64,000 bases of DNA from positions 358-64,357 of the forward strand of contig JBCKVB010000003.1 in assembly GCA_038924245.1 (NCBI GenBank). The letters run 5' to 3'. The notes beneath the pieces were generated by a model. The model saw only the letters and a list, made by a program, of their open reading frames with translations. It searched no databases and had not been told where the DNA came from. The position numbers and the translations under genes were made by a program. Positions 25,107 to 33,385 of this stretch are shown piece by piece (position 1 is the first letter of the stretch; the number at the start of each line of letters is the position of its first letter). The stretch is from Gammaproteobacteria bacterium. GTDB lineage: Bacteria > Pseudomonadota > Gammaproteobacteria > SURF-13.

Positions 25107-25765
25107 GTCTTGCCGCCCTTGCCGCCAGCGGCGGGTTGTTCCGTTTCTTCGAGGTAACGGTAGGTCTTGGCGGTGATGTCCATGACCAGCGGGGCTGATG
25201 ACCCCACGCCTTTCTTGTCGGCTGGTTGCGCCTGGGTGATGGAAATGTCATGCAGGGTTACGATGCGCGGCAGCGCGGCGATGCCGCTGATGAAGTTGCC
25301 GAACTGGTGATAATTGCCGGTGACCTTGATTTTGATCGGTAGTTCGGCGTAGAAATCCTTGGGTACTTCCGCTTCGGGCTTGAACAATTCGAACTCCAGG
25401 CCGCTCGCGAGTCCGGTTTGCGAGATGTCCACCAGCAGACCCTCCACCTCGGTCTGGCTGGGGAGCTGGCGCAGCATGGCGCCGAAGGATTGCCTCATCC
25501 CCTCCATCTGCAGCGTGTAGGCATCCAGGTTGACCGCCCTCATCTGCTCGGTAAGGAAATCAGATCGCGGCGCGTAAGGCTTCTCGAAGGTTTGTTTAAG
25601 CTCCTGCTCCTGGTGCCGGGTTTGCGCAAGCGTTTCCCACTGATTTTTAGTGTTGAACCAATAGCCCGCCCCCAGCACAGCGATGCACAGCACGCCCAGC
25701 GCGGCCGCTTTGGCCGGGTTGGGCCAGTTGCCGATATTGTTAAAGTCCAGTTCGTTGATGTTCAT
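25103..25765 (-). CDS. pilO: type IV pilus assembly protein PilO
   Basis: 220 aa with one N-terminal TM, a coiled coil and a ferredoxin-like C-terminus, at the operon position of pilO. Confidence 0.85.
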   Translation of the reverse strand: MNINELDFNNIGNWPNPAKAAALGVLCIAVLGAGYWFNTKNQWETLAQTRHQEQELKQTFEKPYAPRSDFLTEQMRAVNLDAYTLQMEGMRQSFGAMLRQLPSQTEVEGLLVDISQTGLASGLEFELFKPEAEVPKDFYAELPIKIKVTGNYHQFGNFISGIAALPRIVTLHDISITQAQPADKKGVGSSAPLVMDITAKTYRYLEETEQPAAGGKGGKT

Positions 25766-26364
25766 GGTTTGCCTGCGGCGGGACCGGTTCTGGTGGGCGA
25801 CGCCGCAGTCTCCAATCCTGCTTGCGGCTGTTTCTGGCTGACGCGCAGGATATAGGCGACGGCGCGCTGGCCATCCTTGTCGTGGGCTTGTATCTGCTCC
25901 AGTGCGGGCTGCCCCAGCCAGGCGGAGGTTTCCAGATTGCGCATGAAGGTCGCTACCCGGCCATTGGAGTCGGCGACGCCGGTCAAGGTGAGCTGGCCGC
26001 CCTCCTGCTTGATGCTGGTGTAATGCACGCCATCGGGCAGGGTGCGTACCAGCTCATCCACCACATGCACCACCTCGGGGCGGCTCGCTTGCAGCTCCTG
26101 AATCACCGTCATGCGCGCCAGCAGTTCCGCACGCTGTTTCTCCAGGTTTTTGATCTCGGCTATTTTTTTATCAAGTTGCGCGATTTCCTGGGTGAGAAAA
26201 CTATTGCGCGCTCCCTGGGTTTCGATCATGCCGTTGATGTGCATATGAGCGTACACCACGATCACCACGGACACGAAGGCGGCGAATCCGGCGATCATAC
26301 TGAATTCGCGTTGCCGCTCTTTGCACCGCTCCTCGCGCCAGGGCAATAAGTTGATGCGCGCCAT
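25762..26364 (-). CDS. pilN: type IV pilus assembly protein PilN
   Basis: Has the conserved N-terminus MARINLLPWREE followed by a TM segment. Confidence 0.9.
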   Translation of the reverse strand: MARINLLPWREERCKERQREFSMIAGFAAFVSVVIVVYAHMHINGMIETQGARNSFLTQEIAQLDKKIAEIKNLEKQRAELLARMTVIQELQASRPEVVHVVDELVRTLPDGVHYTSIKQEGGQLTLTGVADSNGRVATFMRNLETSAWLGQPALEQIQAHDKDGQRAVAYILRVSQKQPQAGLETAASPTRTGPAAGKP

Positions 26365-26366
26365 GG

Positions 26367-27464
<1,098 letters not shown>

Positions 27465-27619
27465 TTACATAGCATAGATCGTTTAGTTTATTAAATACAA
27501 GCCGGAACCCCGTGTCAACATATAAATAATATCAATTCCCCGCGGTGCGAAATCGTGTGATTTCCCGCTGCGGCCGGAAACCCTTATACTGAAAAGCTTA
27601 TCCAGCGTAACCCTGTCAC

Positions 27620-29995
27620 ATGAGCCCGTTCATTAAGACCCTCGGCTTCATCCCCGCCGCCCTGCTTGCCCTGCTCACCCTTGGTGTCGTGGCCTTAACC
27701 GGTTTGTATCTCTATCTCGCCCCGCAGTTGCCTTCCGCGGACAAGCTCACCGAGGTGCGCATGCAGGTACCGCTCAAGGTATATACGCGCGAGGGCAAGC
27801 TGATCGCCGAGTTCGGTGAAATGCGCCGTATCCCGGTGCAGTTCGGCCAGGTGCCCAAACAATTGGTGCAGGCGGTGCTGGCCGCCGAGGACGACCGCTT
27901 CTACAGCCACCCCGGTGTGGACTATCAGGGTCTGCTGCGCGCGGCGTTGTCCCTGGCCGCGACCGGCGAGAAGAAGCAGGGCGGCAGCACCATCACCATG
28001 CAGGTGGCGCGCAATTTTTTCCTGTCTTCCGAAAAGACCTTCATGCGCAAGTTCAGGGAAATCCTGCTTGCCTTCCGCATCGAACAGAGCCTGAGCAAGG
28101 ATCAAATTCTGGAGCTCTACCTCAATAAGATTTACTACGGTAACCGCGCCTATGGCGTGGCCGCCGCCGCACAATTTTACTACGGCGCGCAGCTCAATCA
28201 ACTCACGCTGGCGCAGATGGCCACCCTCGCCGGCCTGCCCAAGGCGCCTTCCAGACACAACCCCATCGTCAATCTGGAGCGCGCGGTGGAGCGGCGCGAT
28301 TACATCCTGGAGCGCATGCACGCGCTCGGTTACATTGACGCGGCCGAATATCAGGCGGCGCGTGCGAGCGCGGAGACCGCGGCGCGCCACGCCCCCGAGA
28401 TCGAGGTCGAGGCGCCGCATATGGCGGAGATGGCGCGCACCGAGATGGTGCGCCGCTATGGCGAGACGGAGGCCTATACCGGCGATTATGAGGTCTACAC
28501 CACGCTTGATGCGCGCCAGCAAACGGCCGCCAACCAGGCGTTGCGCGCCGCGCTGCTCGAATACGACCAGCGTCACGGCTACCGCAAGCCGGAAGGCCGC
28601 GCCGAGCTGAAGCAGGACGCGAACAGCGCCGCTTGGCGGGCCGCGCTGGAGCGCTACACCGAAAGCGGCGGCTTGTTGCCCGCGCTGGTGCTGGAGGCGC
28701 GCGGGCAGGGCGCGCGCGTGTACACACTCAGCCAGGGCGTGCTGGAGCTGACCTGGGCCGGACTGTCCTGGGCGGTGCCCTTTATAGATGAAAACCGGCG
28801 CGGAGCGCCGCCCAAAAATGCCGCACAAATCCTTAAGGCCGGAGATATCATCCGCCTGCAACGCGGCAGCAACGAGGCTTGGCTGCTGGCGCAGATGCCG
28901 GCGGTGGAGGGCGGGCTGGTCGCGCTGCATCCCGCCACCGGCGCAATCAGCGCGTTGGCCGGCGGGTTTAATTTTTATCAAAGCAACTTCAATCGCGTGC
29001 TGCAGGCAAACCGCCAGCCGGGTTCCAGCTTCAAGCCGTTTCTTTACTCCGCGGCGCTGGAGCGCGGGTTCACGCCGGCGAGCGTGGTCAACGACGCGCC
29101 GGTGATCGTGGAGGGGGCGGATCTGGATCAGTCCACCTGGCGCCCGGAGAATTTCGGCGGCAAGTTTTACGGCCCCACGCGCCTGCGCGAGGCGCTCGCC
29201 CACTCGCGCAACATGGTTTCGATCCGCGTGCTGCGCGCCATGGGCGTGCCTTACGCCGTTGAGTACGCGGCGCGTTTCGGCTTCAAGCCGGGGCAGTTGC
29301 CCAAGGTGTTGTCGCTCGCGCTCGGCAGCGGCTCGGTCACACCGCTTGAGCTGGCGCGCGCGTACGCGGTGTTCGCCAACGGCGGCTATCTGATCGAGCC
29401 GTATTTCATGGACCGCATCGTGGACGCGCAGGGCCGGGTGTTGATGCAGGCCGACCCGCTCACCGTGTGCGCCCAGTGCGAGGAGGGCGTCGCGCCGCAC
29501 GCCGGGCAAGGCAGGAACGCGCCGCGCGTGATCAGCGCGCAAAACGCCTATCTCATGAACTCCATGCTGCGGGATGTGATCCGCGTCGGCACCGCGCGCC
29601 GCGCGCTGGAGTTAAAGCGCGGCGATCTGGCCGGCAAGACCGGCACCACCAATGACCTGCGCGACGCCTGGTTCGCCGGTTTCAACCCTGAACTGGTGGC
29701 CGCCGCCTGGGTGGGATTTGACAATCACGCCCCGCTCGGCGACGAGGAGACCGGCGGACGCGCCGCGCTGCCCGCATGGATGCGGTTTATGGAGGCCGCC
29801 CTGAAGGATGTGCCGGAGCAGCCCTATCCTATCCCCGCTGGCATCGTGACGTTGCGCATAGACCCGGAGAGCGGGGCGCTGGCGGCGGAAAATGATGCGC
29901 ACGCCATTGCCGAGGTGTTCAACAGCGAGCAGTTGCCCGCCCACACCGCGCAGCCCAATGCGGCGGGCGGGGCGGGCGCGGAACAGTTATTTTAG
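27620..29995 (+). CDS. mrcA: penicillin-binding protein 1A (bifunctional glycosyltransferase/transpeptidase)
   Basis: 791 aa with the GT51 motifs EDDRFYSHPGVD and GGSTITMQ, and the transpeptidase motifs SSFKP, SRN and KTGTTN. Confidence 0.95.
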   Translation: MSPFIKTLGFIPAALLALLTLGVVALTGLYLYLAPQLPSADKLTEVRMQVPLKVYTREGKLIAEFGEMRRIPVQFGQVPKQLVQAVLAAEDDRFYSHPGVDYQGLLRAALSLAATGEKKQGGSTITMQVARNFFLSSEKTFMRKFREILLAFRIEQSLSKDQILELYLNKIYYGNRAYGVAAAAQFYYGAQLNQLTLAQMATLAGLPKAPSRHNPIVNLERAVERRDYILERMHALGYIDAAEYQAARASAETAARHAPEIEVEAPHMAEMARTEMVRRYGETEAYTGDYEVYTTLDARQQTAANQALRAALLEYDQRHGYRKPEGRAELKQDANSAAWRAALERYTESGGLLPALVLEARGQGARVYTLSQGVLELTWAGLSWAVPFIDENRRGAPPKNAAQILKAGDIIRLQRGSNEAWLLAQMPAVEGGLVALHPATGAISALAGGFNFYQSNFNRVLQANRQPGSSFKPFLYSAALERGFTPASVVNDAPVIVEGADLDQSTWRPENFGGKFYGPTRLREALAHSRNMVSIRVLRAMGVPYAVEYAARFGFKPGQLPKVLSLALGSGSVTPLELARAYAVFANGGYLIEPYFMDRIVDAQGRVLMQADPLTVCAQCEEGVAPHAGQGRNAPRVISAQNAYLMNSMLRDVIRVGTARRALELKRGDLAGKTGTTNDLRDAWFAGFNPELVAAAWVGFDNHAPLGDEETGGRAALPAWMRFMEAALKDVPEQPYPIPAGIVTLRIDPESGALAAENDAHAIAEVFNSEQLPAHTAQPNAAGGAGAEQLF

Positions 29996-29998
29996 CGC

Positions 29999-30634
29999 AT
30001 GGCCACGCACGAACAACGCCAGCGCCGCATGATCGCCCTGGAGGCGGCGCGGCTCATCGCCGAACACGGCATGAGCGACTACCATGCCGCGAAATGCAAG
30101 GCCGCGCGGCGCCTCGGCGTGCATGAGCCGCTGCCGCGTAATGAAGAGGTGGAGCAGGCGCTGGGAGATTATCAGCGCTTGTTTCAGGCCGGCACGCAGC
30201 CGCGCCATTTGCGGAAGCTGCGCGAGGCGGCGCAGCAGGCGATGCGCTTGCTGGAGCGCTTTGAGCCGCGCCTCACGGGCTCCGTGCTGTCCGGCACCGC
30301 GCACCGGCATTCCGACGTGAATCTGCACCTGTTCGCCGGCACGCCGGAAGAAGTGGGCTGGTTTCTGGACAGCCAGGCCATTCCGTTTCAACTGGCGCAG
30401 CGCCACTTCAGCTTTACCTCCGCTGAACCGGCCAGGACCTGCCCGGTATACCGTTTTGTCGCGGGCGATGTGACCCTGGACCTCGCGGTGTTCCCTCTGC
30501 TCGGCCTGCGCCAGGCGCCGCTCGGTCCCGTGGACGGGCGGCCCATGCCGCGCATCGCGCTCGCGGCGCTGCGTAAGCTGGCTGAGCCGCGAAGCGGAGA
30601 AGGCCAGCACAAGGAGGTGCTGGCGGGTGTTTGA
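29999..30634 (+). CDS. conserved hypothetical protein, possibly a minimal nucleotidyltransferase fold
   Basis: 211-aa ORF starting 4 nt after the mrcA stop. LTGSVLSGTAHRHSDVNLHLF resembles the hG[GS]x9-13Dh[DE]h NTase motif, but with N replacing the second acidic residue. Confidence 0.6.
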   Translation: MATHEQRQRRMIALEAARLIAEHGMSDYHAAKCKAARRLGVHEPLPRNEEVEQALGDYQRLFQAGTQPRHLRKLREAAQQAMRLLERFEPRLTGSVLSGTAHRHSDVNLHLFAGTPEEVGWFLDSQAIPFQLAQRHFSFTSAEPARTCPVYRFVAGDVTLDLAVFPLLGLRQAPLGPVDGRPMPRIALAALRKLAEPRSGEGQHKEVLAGV

Positions 30635-30719
30635 GGTTGAGATGTTATTGCGCCAGGGATGGCATCACGGCTGTTTATCGAGGCCAGGTAGCTTATAAGT
30701 TGGAGTAATGCGTCATTCC

Positions 30720-30857
30720 GACGTACAGGGATGTACTAGTGTCGCGGGAGGCAGGACGCCGGGAGCGACCGACGTACAGGGAAGAGCGCCAGCGAAGGGT
30801 TCAGGGATAGCGAAGGGTTCTGCTAGTGTCGCGGGAGGCAGGATGCCGGGAGCGGCC
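30720..30857 (+). repeat. Two tandem copies (51 bp + 87 bp) of the modular GACGYACAGGGA…GGGAGCGRCC repeat
   Basis: Copy 1 (30720-30770): GACGTACAGGGATGTACTAGTGTCGCGGGAGGCAGGACGCCGGGAGCGACC. Copy 2 (30771-30857) has the same ends plus AGAGCGCCAGCGAAGGGT and TCAGGGATAGCGAAGGGT modules. The ORF 30708..30926 is just this repeat read in frame. Confidence 0.85.
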
Positions 30858-31084
30858 GACACACGCTGTGGCGTCATTTTTTTGACACATCTGTATGCAC
30901 AACGGCCTGTCTTATACACATTCTAAGATCGGTGTCCAGAGAAGGTTCGCGCAGGGTGCTCGAGAAAGCCGCAGCCATACAGTTAACTAAATGATATAAT
31001 TAACTATTTTTATGACAAGATCAAATTATGACCATTCTGTTACAGGCTCCACTGGGATGGGCTTTTGCGCCCTTTTACCCCATG

Positions 31085-31119
31085 TCATCCACAAAGTTAT
31101 CCACAGATTTTGTGGATAA
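31085..31119. promoter_or_regulatory. cluster of three DnaA boxes upstream of priA
   Basis: TCATCCACA (31085-31093, 1 mismatch), TTATCCACA (31097-31105, perfect) and TGTGGATAA (31111-31119, perfect, inverted). An AT-rich tract lies at 30961-31040. Confidence 0.6.
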
Positions 31120-31217
31120 CAAAATTCCTAAACCGGGACAGAAGCTTAGCGGATGGAGATGATACCGCTTCTGCTGTAGCCCCCCGCCCCCCGCATCTTT
31201 GCTGACATCCTGCTCCC

Positions 31218-33290
31218 ATGCCCCGTGATTATCTGGTGTTGCGCGTCGCGGTACCCGTGCCACTGCCGCGCTGGTTTGATTATTTAGCCCCGCGCGTCTG
31301 TCCACACCCGCCGCAACCGGGCATGCGCGTCAAGGTGCCGTTCGGACGCAGCGAGGCAGTGGGATTGATAATGGAGCTCGCCAACCAGAGCGCGCTGGGC
31401 GAGGGGCGCTTGAAACATGCCTTGAGTCTGCTGGATGAACAGCCGTTGCTGGATGAATCACTGCTCGGCCTGTTGCGCTGGGCGAGCGCTTATTATCACC
31501 ACCCCATCGGCGAAGTGGTGGCCGCCGCCTTGCCCGGACACTTGCGCGCCGGACGCGCCGCCTCGCTGGCTGATCCCGGCGACGCACAGGGAAGAGCGCC
31601 AGCGAAGGGTTCTGCTAGTGTCGCGGGAGGCAGGATGCCGGGAGCGACCGCGCTGGATCAGGGGCTGCTTGCGGCCGCGCCGCCCGTGCTGAACGGCGCG
31701 CAGCAACAAGCCGTCACCGAGGTGGCGGAGGCGCAAGGCTTTCAGGTGTTGCTCTTGCAAGGCGTCACCGGCAGCGGCAAGACCGAGGTGTATCTGCGCC
31801 TGATTGAGCGGGTGGTGGCGCGCGGCGCGCAAGTGCTGGTGCTGGCGCCGGAGATCGGCCTCACCCCGCAACTGCTGGCGCGTTTTCAGCAGCGTTTCGC
31901 CGTGCCGATAGCGGTTCTGCATTCCGCCCTGGGCGAGCGCGAGCGCGCACAGAACTGGCTCGCCGCGCGCGCGGGCCGCGCGCCCATCGTGCTCGGCACG
32001 CGCTCCGCCGTGTTCACGCCCCTTGCGCGGCCTGGCCTCATCATCATAGACGAGGAGCACGACGCCTCGTTCAAACAGCAGGACGGGTTCCGCTATCACG
32101 CGCGCGACGTCGCCATCCTGCGCGCGCAACGCGCCGGCATCCCGGTGCTGCTCGGCTCCGCCACCCCTTCCTTCGAATCGCTGTACAACGTGCGCCAGGG
32201 GCGCTACCGCGCGCTGAGTCTGCCGGAGCGCGCCGGCGGCGCGGCGCATCCGGAGATGCGGCTGCTGGACGTGCGCCATCAAGTGTTGCAGGGCGGCATG
32301 TCGGCGCCGCTGCTCGACGCGGTGGGCGAGCACCTGGCGCGCGGTGAACAGGTGCTGCTGTTTTTAAACCGGCGCGGTTTCGCGCCGCTGCTCATGTGCC
32401 ACGCCTGCGGCTGGAGCGCGCAGTGCGAACGCTGCGACGCGCGCATGGTGCTGTATCTCGATCAGGCGCGCGCTTTGCACTGCCAGCACTGCGGCGCGCA
32501 ACGCGCGCGCCCGGAGCAGTGCGCGGCGTGCCAGAGCGCCGAGCTGCGCGTGCTGGGTTACGGCACCGAGCGCGTCGAGCAAACCCTGCGCGAGCACTTT
32601 CCCGCCGCCGAGGTGCTGCGCATAGACCGCGACAGCACGCGGCGCAAGGGCGCGCTCGATGATCTGCTCGCGCGCGCGCAACAGGGTGGCGCGCAAATCC
32701 TCATCGGCACCCAGATGCTGGCCAAAGGCCATCACCTGCCCAATGTCACCCTGGCCGGGATACTCAACCTGGATCAAGGTTTGTTCGGGGCGGATTTCCG
32801 CGCCGCCGAGCGCATGGCGCAGCTCATCGTGCAGGTGGCGGGGCGCGCCGGGCGCGCGCACAAGCCAGGGCGGGTGCTGATCCAGACCCATCACCCCACG
32901 CACCCCTTGCTCACCGCGCTCATCCGTGACGGCTATGCCGCCTTTGCCGAGGCGGCGCTCACCGAGCGAAAACACACGCACTTGCCGCCTTACAGCAGTC
33001 TGGCGTTGCTGCGCGCCGAGGCGGTGAACCGTAGCGCGCCGCTGGAATTCTTGCGCGCGGCGCAGGCCGCCGCCGAACCTCTGGCCGGCGCCGCCGTACA
33101 GATACTGGGGCCGGTCAGCGCTCCCATGGAGCGGCGCGCCGGGCGTTACCGCGCGCAACTGCTGGTGCAAGCCGCGCGCCGTAATGAATTGCAGCGTCTG
33201 CTCGATGCCTGGATGCCGCTGCTGGAGACGATCAAGACCGCGCGCAAGGTACGCTGGTCGCTGGATGTGGATCCGGTGGAGATACTTTGA
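31218..33290 (+). CDS. priA: primosomal replication-restart helicase PriA (carries a 69-bp in-frame repeat insert)
   Basis: 690 aa with Walker A GVTGSGKTEVY, DEEHD, and the Cys-rich zinc region CHACGWSAQCERCDARMVLY…CQHCG…CAACQS. Confidence 0.95.
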   Translation: MPRDYLVLRVAVPVPLPRWFDYLAPRVCPHPPQPGMRVKVPFGRSEAVGLIMELANQSALGEGRLKHALSLLDEQPLLDESLLGLLRWASAYYHHPIGEVVAAALPGHLRAGRAASLADPGDAQGRAPAKGSASVAGGRMPGATALDQGLLAAAPPVLNGAQQQAVTEVAEAQGFQVLLLQGVTGSGKTEVYLRLIERVVARGAQVLVLAPEIGLTPQLLARFQQRFAVPIAVLHSALGERERAQNWLAARAGRAPIVLGTRSAVFTPLARPGLIIIDEEHDASFKQQDGFRYHARDVAILRAQRAGIPVLLGSATPSFESLYNVRQGRYRALSLPERAGGAAHPEMRLLDVRHQVLQGGMSAPLLDAVGEHLARGEQVLLFLNRRGFAPLLMCHACGWSAQCERCDARMVLYLDQARALHCQHCGAQRARPEQCAACQSAELRVLGYGTERVEQTLREHFPAAEVLRIDRDSTRRKGALDDLLARAQQGGAQILIGTQMLAKGHHLPNVTLAGILNLDQGLFGADFRAAERMAQLIVQVAGRAGRAHKPGRVLIQTHHPTHPLLTALIRDGYAAFAEAALTERKHTHLPPYSSLALLRAEAVNRSAPLEFLRAAQAAAEPLAGAAVQILGPVSAPMERRAGRYRAQLLVQAARRNELQRLLDAWMPLLETIKTARKVRWSLDVDPVEIL
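31581..31649 (+). repeat. 69-bp copy of the modular repeat inside priA (translated as DAQGRAPAKGSASVAGGRMPGAT)
   Basis: GACGCACAGGGAAGAGCGCCAGCGAAGGGTTCTGCTAGTGTCGCGGGAGGCAGGATGCCGGGAGCGACC. Nearly identical to the intergenic copy at 30771-30857 minus one 18-bp module. Confidence 0.9.
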
Positions 33291-33293
33291 CGG

Positions 33294-33380
33294 CAGAGAA
33301 AAGATACAAGAGAAAAGATACAAGGGAAGAGGTAAAATAACCGCTGATCCTTTCCTCTTTTCTCTTGCCTCTTTTCTCTG
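33294..33380. repeat. long imperfect polypurine/polypyrimidine hairpin (AGAGAAAAGATACAAG repeats) between priA and argS
   Basis: Left arm CAGAGAAAAGATACAAGAGAAAAGATACAAGGGAAGAGG. Right arm CCTTTCCTCTTTTCTCTTGCCTCTTTTCTCTG. A related single arm lies at 56539-56578. Confidence 0.7.
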
Positions 33381-33385
33381 TTTCT

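Noticed and set aside
27695-29542. 615-aa ORF on the minus strand
   Set aside because: It lies entirely antisense to the well-supported mrcA (PBP1A) gene. The composition is Arg/Ala/Gly/His-rich, as expected for a shadow ORF in GC-rich DNA, and it has no recognisable motifs.
30708-30926. 72-aa ORF (MRHSDVQGCTSVAGGRTPGAT…)
   Set aside because: It is simply the tandem repeat copies read in their open frame. It has no SD or flanking coding signal, so I treat it as a repeat, not a gene.
30930-31140. Chromosomal replication origin (oriC)
   Set aside because: DnaA boxes and an AT-rich tract are present. However, there are only three boxes, no recognisable 13-mer DUE repeats, few GATC sites, and no dnaA, dnaN, gidA or mioC context. 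I keep it as a DnaA-box cluster of unknown role.
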